From contig CAWBMP010000004.1 in the NCBI GenBank assembly GCA_963790025.1, positions 1,344,001-1,408,000 of the forward strand: 64,000 nt of DNA, in the 5' to 3' direction. The translations under genes and the position numbers were made by a program. The stretch comes from Nitrospirota bacterium (GTDB taxonomy: Bacteria > Nitrospirota > Thermodesulfovibrionia > Thermodesulfovibrionales > Dissulfurispiraceae). The notes under the pieces were generated by a model, which saw nothing but the letters and a program-made list of their open reading frames with translations, ran no database searches and had not been told where the DNA came from. This document shows positions 39,560-49,857 of the stretch, piece after piece. Each line of letters begins with the position of its first letter. Positions within the stretch are counted from its first letter, which is position 1.

Positions 39560-40744
39560 TTATTTCTGCAAATCTGCTTCAGTCCAGAAATAGAAAGGGT
39601 CCCTTCTCGGCTCTTTCACCATCTGAGGAATCGGATCAACTCCAATGAACTCCAGGAACTCCCTCATGCCCCTTCTGATGATCAGTTCGCCTATTCTTTC
39701 CCTGTTCTTTCCATGCTCGTCCCACCACTCCCACATCTTCCTGACGATGTCTTTCAATTCGTCATATGGCGGCTCCATCTTCATGAATGGCACGATAACA
39801 TGAGAGAGCGTTGCGCCGATAACAAATGGGGCCTTGCTGCCGATAAGTATGGTGGCTCCCTTTTCTCCTGTAGGTTTCAGTGCCTTTGTCATCTTGGCAA
39901 TGCAGTGCATGCAGCGTACACAGTTGGCATCGTCGATCTTCATCTCTTTGCCATCATAACTGATGCACGTTGTGGGGCACATGTCGACAATTTCTTCCTT
40001 TATCTTCATGCCGTTCTTGGCATAAGCGGCTACTTCCTTCTGATCGACTGCGATTTTACCTTTCCAGGTGCCGATGATGGAACAGTCGGCGCGGGCAATT
40101 GAAGCAATACAATCAACTGCACAACCAGCTGTTTTAAATTTGAATTTATATGGGAATGCAGGCCTGTGCATTTCATCCTGGAATTCCTGGGTAACAGCGT
40201 AGTTGATGTCCAGGGTATCGATGTTGGACCATTCGCATCTTGCTGGTCCCACACAGCAGCTCGGTGTCCTCATAGCGGAGCCGGAACCGCCCAAATCCCA
40301 CCCGCGAGATGAGAATTCAGCAAAGATCGGCTCAAGATTTTCGGTGTTGGTCCCAAGAAGCACCAAATCGCCGGTCGATCCGTGCAGATTGGTAAGGCCG
40401 CTTCCGTATTTGTCCCAGATGTCGCACATTTCATTCAAAAACTTCGATGTGTAAAAGAAGGCGGATGTTGAATTGATTCTGATGGTATGGAAATTGGCAA
40501 CATTAGGAAATTCTTCGGCCAATGATGAATACCTGCCGATAACGCCGCCTCCGTATCCCCTGACGCCGACGATCCCGCCGTGCTTCCAGTAACCTCGTTT
40601 TGTTTTGTAAGACTTTTCGAGCAGTCCGAGCTCATCGGCAGCCATGTCGTTCTTGGCAGCCGCCTTCTTGATTTCTGTCACGAAGCTTGGAAATGGACCT
40701 TTTTCAAGCTCGTCCAATAGTGGAGTCTGGTACTTTTTCGGCAT
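39560..40744 (-). CDS. dsrA: dissimilatory sulfite reductase alpha subunit
   Basis: [51 protein letters not shown]...C; start set to ATG 40744 with GGGAGG RBS. Confidence 0.98.
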   Translation of the reverse strand: MPKKYQTPLLDELEKGPFPSFVTEIKKAAAKNDMAADELGLLEKSYKTKRGYWKHGGIVGVRGYGGGVIGRYSSLAEEFPNVANFHTIRINSTSAFFYTSKFLNEMCDIWDKYGSGLTNLHGSTGDLVLLGTNTENLEPIFAEFSSRGWDLGGSGSAMRTPSCCVGPARCEWSNIDTLDINYAVTQEFQDEMHRPAFPYKFKFKTAGCAVDCIASIARADCSIIGTWKGKIAVDQKEVAAYAKNGMKIKEEIVDMCPTTCISYDGKEMKIDDANCVRCMHCIAKMTKALKPTGEKGATILIGSKAPFVIGATLSHVIVPFMKMEPPYDELKDIVRKMWEWWDEHGKNRERIGELIIRRGMREFLEFIGVDPIPQMVKEPRRDPFYFWTEADLQK

Positions 40745-40827
40745 AGAAACCTCCCTTGTTTGAGTTTTACGCAACTTAGATTGAATTAAACATTGTAGCC
40801 GTTATTATTCTTCTTTAATATTCTTCT

Positions 40828-40888
40828 TTAAAGTAAGCAACTTAGACTATACAGGCTAATATACCAATGTGTCAATCGTCAAATAAAA
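40828..40888 (-). promoter_or_regulatory. putative dsrA promoter/operator; motif shared with dsrC upstream region
   Basis: minus strand TTTATTTGACG-N13-TATATTAGCCT..AGTCTAA..TACTTTAA; also TTGACA-18-TATAGT. Confidence 0.6.
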
Positions 40889-40959
40889 AAATTTAATTCA
40901 AATATTAGGGATTTTTTTGACTTGACCCTTTTATTAAGACCGCCGTACAATTAAAGGTT

Positions 40960-43900
40960 ATGAGAGTTAAACAAATAGAGCTTACCGGCTTCAAATCCTT
41001 TTCAGATAAGACGGTGCTCAGGCTGCACGATGGTGTTACTTGCATTGTAGGACCAAACGGATGCGGCAAAAGCAATGTGGTTGATGCGTTTAAGTGGGTA
41101 CTGGGTGAGCAAAGCGTCAAAAGTCTGCGCGGCGAAAAAATGGAAGAAGTCATTTTCCAGGGTTCGGCTACAATAAAGCAGAAAGGCATGGCGGAAGTTA
41201 CCCTCCAAATCTCTTTTTCCCCGCAACTCAAAAAGTCTGACGATAACGGAAACAAGACGGACAGCGCAGCCGCCCAGGACGGCTCTTCTGTTTCTCGCAG
41301 GCTTTACCGTTCGGGCGAAAGCGAGTACCTGCTCAATAAGAGTCAGTGCAGGCTCCGGGATGTTAAGGATATTTTCCTCGACACAGGACTTGACGTAAAA
41401 AGTTATTCGATACTGGACCAGGGAAGAGTTGCGGAATTAATCAATACAAAGCCCCTTGACAGAAGATTTCTAATAGAAGAGGTCGCAGGGGTGATGAAAT
41501 ACAAAGTGAGAAAGACCGAGGCGCTGTCAAAGCTTGAATCTTCCAAACAAAACTTGCTGCGCATCAATGACATCGTTCATGAAGTCAGACGGCAGATAAA
41601 CAGCCTTGACCGGCAGGTAAAAAAAGCGGAGCGCTACAAACGACTTAACGCCGAACTCAAATGCATTGAACTGCGGATCGCCAAAAGGGAATATTTGCGA
41701 CTAAGCGGCATCCTGCAGGAACTTTCGGCTGAAATAGAAAGGCTAAGAGAAGCAGATTCCTTAAAGAGGAGTACGCTCTCGACCCTTGAAAATCAGATCG
41801 AGGCAAAGAGACTGGAACTGGCGGACCGGGAAAAGACGCTTACCGACCTGGAAAATTCCCTTTACAGCAAAGAGAAAGAGATTTCCGAATCAGAGAAGCA
41901 CGTTGCTATCTTAAAGTCTGCTATAGAGAACAGAAGGGCCGATATATTGCGGCTTTCTTCCCAGCAGAGAGATTTTGAAAATAAAAAGGAAGACCTTATA
42001 AAGAAGCTCGGCACTATTGACGCAAACGCAAGTGCTCTTTCATCCGAAATGTCAGGCCTGACTGACGAGCTCGACGAGAAAAGGGAACTCCTGTCGTCTA
42101 TCGAATTATCTATAGGAGACAAAGAGTCCGGGGTGGAGGAAAAAAGAAAGGAGCTTTTCAGGGTCTCAGAAATTGTCAGCCAGCACAGGAATAATCTGCA
42201 CAAGCTCCAGTCATCCTTTGAAACATTACAGTACCGCGAATCGACATCGTCAAAGGATATGGAAACAGTCAAAAGCGGCATTTCTGCTGCGGAAGAGTCA
42301 ATAAGGACTGCCGTCGAAAATATCGCCGCCCTTAAGGACAGGCTTGCGGCAATGCAGTCGGAAAAGGAAGCTCTCAAGTCTGAAACAGAAAAGCTGAAAA
42401 TCGACATTGAAACTAAAAAAAGTCTCCTGGGAACAGAACGGGAGGCCCTGGCTTCAAATATGGCACGCATCGGCTCGTTAAAAGAGCTTGCCTTTGACAA
42501 GTCTCTCATGGATGTCTTGTCAGAAGCTGTGCCTGCTGCCCGGCAGGCTGCCACGGGTACGGGAGACGCCAGAAAAACACCATCGGGTCTGTCGACCGAT
42601 TGTCTGGTGCTTTCCGATGTCATAAGTACTGAACGGGAGTATGAAAAAGCTATAGAGGCTGCACTTTCCGAGAGGATAAACTCGATCCTCTTAAAAAACA
42701 TTGAGGATATACTGACGGCAGCAGCGGTAATTAAAGAAAAAAATCTTGGCCGGACATCCATCCTCTACACAGGGTTCAGTGATAAGCGTCATGCCTCCGG
42801 CTATAAAGCCGGTGCGTCCGGCACTCAGCAGCCGAAGTTTGACGGCGTCATCGGCAGGGCTTCTGATTTTATCACCCTTGAGAACAGCCAGATGCAGGGT
42901 CCGGCAGAGATGGTCCTTCAAAATACTCTTATCGTAAGGGACCTTCAGGCTGCCATTGCGTTCAGAGATCATGAGGCTTCCTGCACTTTTACCCTTGTTA
43001 CGCTTGATGGTGAAGTCATTGACAGGGATGGAGTAATCCTCGCCGGTCAGGGAAAGGATATTCTGAAGAGGAAGAGGGAAATAAAGGAACTCCATGCAGC
43101 GGTCCTGGACCAGCAATCGCTTGTTCATGGTTACGAGAACGATTTGTCCATTGCAGCCGACGTATTGTCTGATAGAAAGAAATCGCTGACAACTATGGAA
43201 AGCACCCTCGTCACCCTCGAAAAGGAGCTATCTGTTGCCGACCATTCCCTGAAGGGCCTTTATGAAGAAACTGAAAGAAAGCAAAGGAAACTTGCTTTTC
43301 TTAATTCGGAAATTGCCGCTGTCACGGGAGAAAAAGAATCACTTAAGACCCTGATAACGTCAAAATCGGAGGAGATCGGCTTATATGAAAAAGAGAGGGA
43401 CAATATTAATGAAGGCATAACTGTACTGCAAGGCTCCATCGGATCGGTAAGAACACAATATGAGTCGGCGAGGTCCGAGGTGACCGATCTGCAGCTTGCA
43501 ATTACTTCACACCGGGAGAAGATGGAGTCCCTGCGACGAGAGAAAGCGAATATTGCCGGTGCCTTAAGGGAGCTTGAGAAGAGCAGGGAGGCAGCTGTCC
43601 GGGAAGCCGAAGAAGCGGCGAAGAGACTTTCCGAATCATCTTCCGGGCTGGAGCGGTATGAAGAAGCTATAAAACTTCTGGTTGTCGAGGCTGACACGAT
43701 GCGCCGTGAGAAAACATCACAAAAAGAAGCAATCGATGCCGAAAGCCAAGCACTTGTTGCAGAGGGCAGTTCACTCAAGAATATGCGTATTGAGATCGAT
43801 GCCTTATCACAGCAACTATCGGATGCAAACACAAAGGCCCTTGAAAACAGGCTCAGAGCAGAGAACATAGAAAGCTCTATTTCCAATAAATACGGCTTTG

Positions 43901-44601
43901 AAATAAAGCACGGGGAAATTGCAACAGAGGAATTTGACCTTGCCGAAGACGAGGAGCTGGCAAATCAGCTCAACGAGAAAATACGTGACCTTGGTCCGGT
44001 AAACCTCGGCACGATTGAGGAATATGAAGAACTGAAAAAACGTTATGACTTCCTGACTCAGCAGCAGCAGGATTTAACCCTGTCGATAGCAGAACTGGAA
44101 GAGGCGATAAGCAGGATAAATGCCTCGACAAGAAGAAAGCTGCGTGAGGCATACGATGCGCTCAGGACGAAATTCTCTGAAGTCTTTATAACACTTTTCG
44201 GAGGGGGCAGGGCAGATATCATACTCACTGATGAGGAAAATATGTTGGAATCAGGTATCGAGGTCATAGCCCAGCCACCAGGCAAAAAGCTCCAGAACCT
44301 GAACCTGCTTTCAGGAGGAGAAAAAGCCCTCACCTCTCTGTCGCTTCTCTTTGCAGGTTTCCTGATAAAACCGAGTCCGCTCTGTATTCTTGACGAGGTA
44401 GACGCGCCTCTCGATGAATCAAACACTCTGAGGTTTGCGCAGATGATCAAGGGGCTTTCAAAAGACACGCAGTTTATTGTTGTTACCCATAACCGGTCAA
44501 CCATGGAAGTTGCCGACTACCTGTATGGCATAACCATGGAAGAGCCCGGCGTGTCTAAAGCTATCTCTTTGCAGTTTACTGAAGTCGGGAACGCTCAATA
44601 A
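40960..44601 (+). CDS. smc: chromosome segregation protein SMC
   Basis: GFKSF, GPNGCGKSN, long coiled coils, hinge VTLDGE, LSGGEK, LDEVDAPLD. Confidence 0.97.
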   Translation: MRVKQIELTGFKSFSDKTVLRLHDGVTCIVGPNGCGKSNVVDAFKWVLGEQSVKSLRGEKMEEVIFQGSATIKQKGMAEVTLQISFSPQLKKSDDNGNKTDSAAAQDGSSVSRRLYRSGESEYLLNKSQCRLRDVKDIFLDTGLDVKSYSILDQGRVAELINTKPLDRRFLIEEVAGVMKYKVRKTEALSKLESSKQNLLRINDIVHEVRRQINSLDRQVKKAERYKRLNAELKCIELRIAKREYLRLSGILQELSAEIERLREADSLKRSTLSTLENQIEAKRLELADREKTLTDLENSLYSKEKEISESEKHVAILKSAIENRRADILRLSSQQRDFENKKEDLIKKLGTIDANASALSSEMSGLTDELDEKRELLSSIELSIGDKESGVEEKRKELFRVSEIVSQHRNNLHKLQSSFETLQYRESTSSKDMETVKSGISAAEESIRTAVENIAALKDRLAAMQSEKEALKSETEKLKIDIETKKSLLGTEREALASNMARIGSLKELAFDKSLMDVLSEAVPAARQAATGTGDARKTPSGLSTDCLVLSDVISTEREYEKAIEAALSERINSILLKNIEDILTAAAVIKEKNLGRTSILYTGFSDKRHASGYKAGASGTQQPKFDGVIGRASDFITLENSQMQGPAEMVLQNTLIVRDLQAAIAFRDHEASCTFTLVTLDGEVIDRDGVILAGQGKDILKRKREIKELHAAVLDQQSLVHGYENDLSIAADVLSDRKKSLTTMESTLVTLEKELSVADHSLKGLYEETERKQRKLAFLNSEIAAVTGEKESLKTLITSKSEEIGLYEKERDNINEGITVLQGSIGSVRTQYESARSEVTDLQLAITSHREKMESLRREKANIAGALRELEKSREAAVREAEEAAKRLSESSSGLERYEEAIKLLVVEADTMRREKTSQKEAIDAESQALVAEGSSLKNMRIEIDALSQQLSDANTKALENRLRAENIESSISNKYGFEIKHGEIATEEFDLAEDEELANQLNEKIRDLGPVNLGTIEEYEELKKRYDFLTQQQQDLTLSIAELEEAISRINASTRRKLREAYDALRTKFSEVFITLFGGGRADIILTDEENMLESGIEVIAQPPGKKLQNLNLLSGGEKALTSLSLLFAGFLIKPSPLCILDEVDAPLDESNTLRFAQMIKGLSKDTQFIVVTHNRSTMEVADYLYGITMEEPGVSKAISLQFTEVGNAQ

Positions 44602-44623
44602 ATACGCATTTGTTAAATATGTG

Positions 44624-44652
44624 TTTACAATAGGCCTGTTATAGGCTATACT
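44624..44652 (+). promoter_or_regulatory. sigma70-type promoter of RRM-rpsU
   Basis: TTTACA-17nt-TATACT. Confidence 0.6.
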
Positions 44653-44753
44653 TTAGTGAGGCTTATAAAAGACTTTTAAAGTTAAGAAAAAACCCGGAGA
44701 CTTTAAAAGAAAGCATTCGGGTTTTTTTATTTTTGTCGGAAAGGAGACAGAAA

Positions 44754-45101
44754 ATGGCAAAAAAACTTTATGTTGGAAATATTTCTTTCAAGACAACACA
44801 AGATGAACTTAAAGCGCATTTCGAGACTGTAGGAGAGGTTGAATCAGCCACTATCATAACCGATTTTCATACGGGACGGTCCAAAGGTTTTGGGTTTGTA
44901 GAGATGGCAACTGAGGAAGATGCAAAAAAGGCGATCGAGACAATCAACGGCACCATATTTATGGAAAAAACGCTCTCAGTAGCCGAGGCAAAACCTCAGA
45001 CGCCAAAAGGGGACAGAGGTGGTTTCGGCGCCAGAAGAAGCGGAGGCGGAGGCGGCTTTGGTGGTGGAGGCGGCAGGGGTCAGGGAAGAGGAAGGAGGTA
45101 A
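44754..45101 (+). CDS. RRM RNA-binding protein with Gly-rich tail
   Basis: KLYVGNI (RNP2), SKGFGFVEM (RNP1); AAGGAG RBS. Confidence 0.93.
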   Translation: MAKKLYVGNISFKTTQDELKAHFETVGEVESATIITDFHTGRSKGFGFVEMATEEDAKKAIETINGTIFMEKTLSVAEAKPQTPKGDRGGFGARRSGGGGGFGGGGGRGQGRGRR

Positions 45102-45102
45102 C

Positions 45103-45315
45103 TTGCAGGTAAATGTTAGTGGAAATGATGTTGAAAAGGCACTCAAAGATCTGAAGCGGAGGCTGCAAAGAGACGGCCTTTTCAAAGAAATAAAAAAAAG
45201 AACCTTCTATTTGAAGCCATCAAAAAAAGAGAAGGCGAAACAGAGAGAAGCCAGGAGGAAACGCCAAAAGTCGATGCGGTTCAAAGCCCCGGCCAAACCC
45301 AGAGTAAGGGAATAG
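45103..45315 (+). CDS. rpsU: 30S ribosomal protein S21
   Basis: VEKALKDLKR...KEIKKRTFYLKPS; TTG start after AAGGAGG. Confidence 0.88.
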   Translation: MQVNVSGNDVEKALKDLKRRLQRDGLFKEIKKRTFYLKPSKKEKAKQREARRKRQKSMRFKAPAKPRVRE

Positions 45316-45373
45316 TGGGGGACGGGCCGGCGAAATTTACATAACAACGGCATTATCAGTATAATTTTCATAT

Positions 45374-46729
45374 ATGAGAGACGCCTCGCTTATTTCCGGC
45401 ATAGAAATCTCGACAGAAAAAGAAGATCGTTTATGTTACAGTTTCGATGCATCAAATTCAGAAGCAGTGCTGCCGCACGCTGTTGCATGGCCTAGAAATA
45501 CCGATCAGATTATTAAGATCGTAAAATTTGCCGCTGCAAACGACTATTCCATCATAGCCAGAGGCGCCGGTACCGGCATGGCGGGCGCATCAGTTCCAGC
45601 CTCAAACAGCATTGTCATAAGCTTTGAAAAGATGCGGAAAATGCTCGATGTCGATACGAAGAATATGACGGTCACCGTCGAGCCCGGCATCATAAACGGA
45701 AAGCTGCAGAAAGAACTTGAGTGTTTGGGTTATTTTTACCCGCCTGACCCTGCCAGCCTTAATAACTGCACCATTGGTGGTAATGTGGCAACCAATGCGG
45801 GAGGACCCAGGGCGATTAAATATGGCGTAACCCGTGATTATGTGATGGGTATCGAAGCAGTTATGCCTGATGGCAGCTTAATCGTAACAGGGGGTAAAAC
45901 GCATAAAAGGGTAGTCGGCTACGATCTCAAAAATCTGCTCATAGGCTCTGAAGGCACTCTGGCATTGGCCACAAAAATACGGCTTAGGATGCTCCCGCTT
46001 CCCGAGGACATAATGACACTTCTTGTTCTTTTCCCCAACCTTGAGTCTTCAGGCGTTGCCGTTTCAAAAATCATTACCGCTAAAATCATCCCCCGCACTA
46101 TGGAATTGCTTGACAAATCCGCTATCGAAGCAATTGAAAGCTATAAACCTATCGGCCTGCCGACGGATGTCGATGCATTGATTCTTGTTGAAGTCGACGG
46201 CTATCCCGCTACCATCAATAAAGAGGCCGGGCGCATTGTCGATATTTGCCGGGGACTGGGGGCGGAAGTCATAGTTGCAGAGGACTCTGTAGCAAGGGAA
46301 AGGCTCTGGGAGGCAAGGAGATCGATTTCACCGGCACTCTACCATATAAAGCCTACAAAAATTAACGAAGACATCGTAGTACCCAGAGATAAGGTTCCAC
46401 TGATGCTAATTGAGTTGAGGAGGATATCTGAAAGCAGCGGGATAAAAATAATAAGCTTCGGCCACGCCGGGGATGGGAATCTGCATGTTAATATAATGGT
46501 TGACAAGAATAATGAGGAGGAATATGCCAGGGGCGCCGAGCTCGTGTCTAAAATATTCGAGATTACTCTAAAGCTGGGCGGCTCTTTGTCCGGGGAGCAC
46601 GGCATAGGCCTTACAAAGGCGCCTTATTTGGTCATGGAAGTAAAGAAACGTGAAATAGAACTCATGAAAGGTGTAAAAGCCGTGTTTGACCCGAAGGGCC
46701 TTATGAATCCTGGGAAGATCTTCGTCTGA
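45374..46729 (+). CDS. FAD-linked oxidase (GlcD / D-lactate dehydrogenase family)
   Basis: RGAGTG, YPPDPAS, GSEGTL, EDIVVP, GHAGDGNLH, SGEHGIG, NPGKIF. Confidence 0.9.
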   Translation: MRDASLISGIEISTEKEDRLCYSFDASNSEAVLPHAVAWPRNTDQIIKIVKFAAANDYSIIARGAGTGMAGASVPASNSIVISFEKMRKMLDVDTKNMTVTVEPGIINGKLQKELECLGYFYPPDPASLNNCTIGGNVATNAGGPRAIKYGVTRDYVMGIEAVMPDGSLIVTGGKTHKRVVGYDLKNLLIGSEGTLALATKIRLRMLPLPEDIMTLLVLFPNLESSGVAVSKIITAKIIPRTMELLDKSAIEAIESYKPIGLPTDVDALILVEVDGYPATINKEAGRIVDICRGLGAEVIVAEDSVARERLWEARRSISPALYHIKPTKINEDIVVPRDKVPLMLIELRRISESSGIKIISFGHAGDGNLHVNIMVDKNNEEEYARGAELVSKIFEITLKLGGSLSGEHGIGLTKAPYLVMEVKKREIELMKGVKAVFDPKGLMNPGKIFV

Positions 46730-46868
46730 TAATATTTATATTAGCAGTTTCTGTAAACACAATGCTTGTCCAGTGCCCTGTCCCACAGTTCCTTCAGCTT
46801 CGCAATACTTTTAATACAAATTTTGATATACTGATATGTCTACGAATTCTTTTTAAAAGGTTTGAAAA

Positions 46869-48701
46869 ATGAAGGAAACAGTGTCTCCTGTCGGCTTTCG
46901 CAAACTGCTGATAATAGGAGTGCTACTGATCAACGTTGCCATCATTGTATTGGTTGGCCTTTCCATCCGTCAAAGCCGTCTTCAGTATGAGGAACAGGCT
47001 GCTATTACAACCCAAAACCTCTCTCATGCACTGGAAGAGTATATCAATGGGGTCATCACTAAGGCTGATGTGGCACTGCTGTCAGTCGCGGATGAAGCGG
47101 AAAGACAACTTGCCAGTGGTCGCATAAATAGTCGGGCTATTAATGCATATATTCTTAGACAGCATGGACGTATCCCTGAAATTGACGGTTTGCGGATGAC
47201 TAATGCAAAGGGTGACATCTTGTACGGGACGGATGTGGCACCGGGGGTAAACGTTTCCGACCGTGATTACTTTATTAACACGCGGAACGAATTGAAGCCT
47301 GGACTTTTCATATCTAAACCTATAGTTAGTCGTACCACTAGGAATTGGGCCATTATCATTGCCCGTCGTTATAATCACCCGAACGGTTCTTTTGCCGGCG
47401 AGGCACACGGGGTGGTTTCGCTTGATAATTTTTCAAAGATGTTTTCCAAAATAAATGTCGGCAAACATGGGATTATCGTATTATTAGACAATGATCGCAG
47501 CATTATTTGTCGTTATACGGAAACGCATGGAACCGATAGTAGTATAGGCAAGAGGTATACATCGGCAGAAATTCAAGAATTATTTAGAAGGGGGGAAACC
47601 TCAGCAACGTATAGAACACGTTCCGGTATTGACGGCGTTTATCGTACACATTCCTATAGGAAGATTTCCTTTTATCCTATGTACATGGTTGTGGGCTTAG
47701 CCCAGGACGAATATCTTACCGAGTGGCGGAAAGAAACGACCAAAATGTTGGCGCTGGTAGCACTGTTTTTACTGGTTGTGCTCTTTTTGGCATGGTTGCT
47801 CTACCGTGACGTCACCGAGCGGAAGAAAATGGAAGAGGATCTCTTAAGAACCAAGAAACTTGAATCCATCGCTATACTTTCAAAAGGCATAGCCCATGAT
47901 TTTAACAACATGTTGACGTCAGTTTTAGGATTCATATCTCTTGCCAAGACTCTGATTCCACCCTCAGATCAGGCGCATAAGTATCTGACAGTTGCTGAAA
48001 GTTCCTGTGAGAAAGCAAAGGAGCTGACTCAACAATTAGATAAATATGCCTCAGGCGTCACATTAGAAAAAAAGATAGCATCACTTACACGCCTATTGCA
48101 GGATTCATCTGAATTATTATCGAAACATGAAAACATCAAGGTTAATAAATCGATTCCGGATAATTTATGGTCTGCTGACATGGATGAAAGACAGATTTCC
48201 CACGTAATGCATGAACTGCTTGAAAATGCCGGTGAAGCAATGCCCAACGGCGGGGTTATTGATATTTCTGCAAAAAACACAGTTGTCAGCAGCAGCGACC
48301 TGCTCCCTTTGCAGGAAGGAAACTATATAAAAATATCAGTGAAAGACCAAGGAGTGGGTATATCAAAAGAAAATCTCTCAAATATCTTTGAGCCGTATTT
48401 TACGACGAAACAAATGGATTACAGGAGTGGTGTCGGACTTGGTCTTGCACTTTGCTATTCCATAATAAGAGGACACAAAGGCTATATTGTAGTCGAATCT
48501 GAACCTGGGAAAGGGACAGCTGTTGATTTCTATCTTCCAGCTGAGCATTCCGGACCATGTCGACCAGTCATTCCAGGGCAAGGTGACCACTTATTACGGA
48601 GCATCCCGATCAATGATTCCGGTCTTAAGCCGACCACTTTTGGGTCTTTTCCGGAAGGGGTGGTTGAGATCAAACGGAATCAGCCAGACAAACCCACCTG
48701 A
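46869..48701 (+). CDS. membrane sensor histidine kinase (Cache-HisKA-HATPase); last ~52 aa are read-through into an IS end
   Basis: two TMs, periplasmic Cache-like domain, AHDFNN, FEPYFTTK, GLGLA, FYLPA. Confidence 0.88.
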   Translation: MKETVSPVGFRKLLIIGVLLINVAIIVLVGLSIRQSRLQYEEQAAITTQNLSHALEEYINGVITKADVALLSVADEAERQLASGRINSRAINAYILRQHGRIPEIDGLRMTNAKGDILYGTDVAPGVNVSDRDYFINTRNELKPGLFISKPIVSRTTRNWAIIIARRYNHPNGSFAGEAHGVVSLDNFSKMFSKINVGKHGIIVLLDNDRSIICRYTETHGTDSSIGKRYTSAEIQELFRRGETSATYRTRSGIDGVYRTHSYRKISFYPMYMVVGLAQDEYLTEWRKETTKMLALVALFLLVVLFLAWLLYRDVTERKKMEEDLLRTKKLESIAILSKGIAHDFNNMLTSVLGFISLAKTLIPPSDQAHKYLTVAESSCEKAKELTQQLDKYASGVTLEKKIASLTRLLQDSSELLSKHENIKVNKSIPDNLWSADMDERQISHVMHELLENAGEAMPNGGVIDISAKNTVVSSSDLLPLQEGNYIKISVKDQGVGISKENLSNIFEPYFTTKQMDYRSGVGLGLALCYSIIRGHKGYIVVESEPGKGTAVDFYLPAEHSGPCRPVIPGQGDHLLRSIPINDSGLKPTTFGSFPEGVVEIKRNQPDKPT

Positions 48702-48787
48702 TTGAACGTATAGCGTAAGCATCAAAGGGAAGACGATTTCTGGAATAATCCTTGAGGACAGGAGATGATGCGAAGCAGAAAGCTTTG
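48542..48787 (+). mobile_element. IS21-family-like terminal remnant (no transposase)
   Basis: starts TG; four ~23-bp direct repeats (48546-48638, ATTCC...GACCAC-like) plus an inverted copy at 48659-48681. Confidence 0.65.
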
Positions 48788-49759
48788 CTACCCGTTCAGA
48801 ATCTTTGCCGCTTCTTTCGCAAAATAGGTGATTATAAGGTCCGCGCCTGCCCTCTTTATCGACAGCAGCATTTCCATCATGGCCTTTTGTTCATCGATCC
48901 AGCCAAGCCGTCCTGCAGCTTTCACAATCGAGTACTCTCCGCTTACATTATATGCTGCAAGCGGCAGGACGAATGACGACTTCATAGCTGCAATGACATC
49001 AAGGTATGCCAGCGCTGGTTTTACCATTATGATATCTGCGCCTTCTTCTATATCAAGCATAGTTTCTTTCAGCGCTTCACGTTTGTTTGCCGGGTCCATC
49101 TGATAGGAGCGCCTGTCCCCGAACATTGGCGTTGATTCCGCCGCTTCTCTAAAGGGTCCGTAAAAAGCAGAGGCATATTTGGCAGCATACGACATTATGG
49201 GAATGGTGTTAAATCCTTCCCTGTCAAGTGCGGTCCTGATGGCAGCGACTCTTCCATCCATCATGTCGGAAGGGGCGACCATGTCAGCACCCGCTTTTGC
49301 ATGGGACACCGCTTCCATCGCAAGCAAACCAAGAGTCTTATCGTTATCGACGTCGCCCTTCTCTATGATCCCGCAGTGCCCGTGGCTGGTGTATTCGCAC
49401 ATGCACACATCGGTTATCACATAAAGTTCCGGCACAACATCTTTTATGGCCTTAATGGCATCCTGCACTACGCCATTTTCATCATAAGCGGAAGTGCCGA
49501 GCTCGTCTTTGGTTTCAGGAATGCCAAAGAGCAGTATTGCCGGGACGCCGAGAGAATGCACTTCCTTAGCAGTGTTGACCAAGATATCTACGGATTCCTG
49601 GTAGCAGCCGGGCATCGATGAAATCTCCTTTTTGACACCTCTGCCGCAGGTAACAAATAATGGATAAATAAAACAATCAGGAGAGATAGCAGTTTCTCTC
49701 ACCATCCTCCTGATCGCTTCGTTTTTTCGTAATCGTCTTAAACGGTGTACAGGGAACAT
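48788..49759 (-). CDS. hemB: porphobilinogen synthase
   Basis: [39 protein letters not shown]. Confidence 0.97.
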   Translation of the reverse strand: MFPVHRLRRLRKNEAIRRMVRETAISPDCFIYPLFVTCGRGVKKEISSMPGCYQESVDILVNTAKEVHSLGVPAILLFGIPETKDELGTSAYDENGVVQDAIKAIKDVVPELYVITDVCMCEYTSHGHCGIIEKGDVDNDKTLGLLAMEAVSHAKAGADMVAPSDMMDGRVAAIRTALDREGFNTIPIMSYAAKYASAFYGPFREAAESTPMFGDRRSYQMDPANKREALKETMLDIEEGADIIMVKPALAYLDVIAAMKSSFVLPLAAYNVSGEYSIVKAAGRLGWIDEQKAMMEMLLSIKRAGADLIITYFAKEAAKILNG

Positions 49760-49769
49760 AAATAAAGAA

Positions 49770-49853
49770 TGGCTATAGGCAATAGGCTATAGGCACTGGG
49801 GAAAGAATAGTTTTTTTCTCTCTCCTTGACCTATTACCCATAGCCTATTACCT
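49770..49853. repeat. heptamer-repeat hairpin (TAGGCTA/TAGGCAA facing CCTATTA/CCCATAG)
   Basis: intergenic between HesB gene and hemB. Confidence 0.7.
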
Positions 49854-49857
49854 TTGT

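Noticed and set aside
48546..48638. Regularly spaced ~23-bp repeats as a CRISPR array
   Set aside because: Repeats are contiguous and degenerate with no spacers, and there are no cas genes; fits an IS end better
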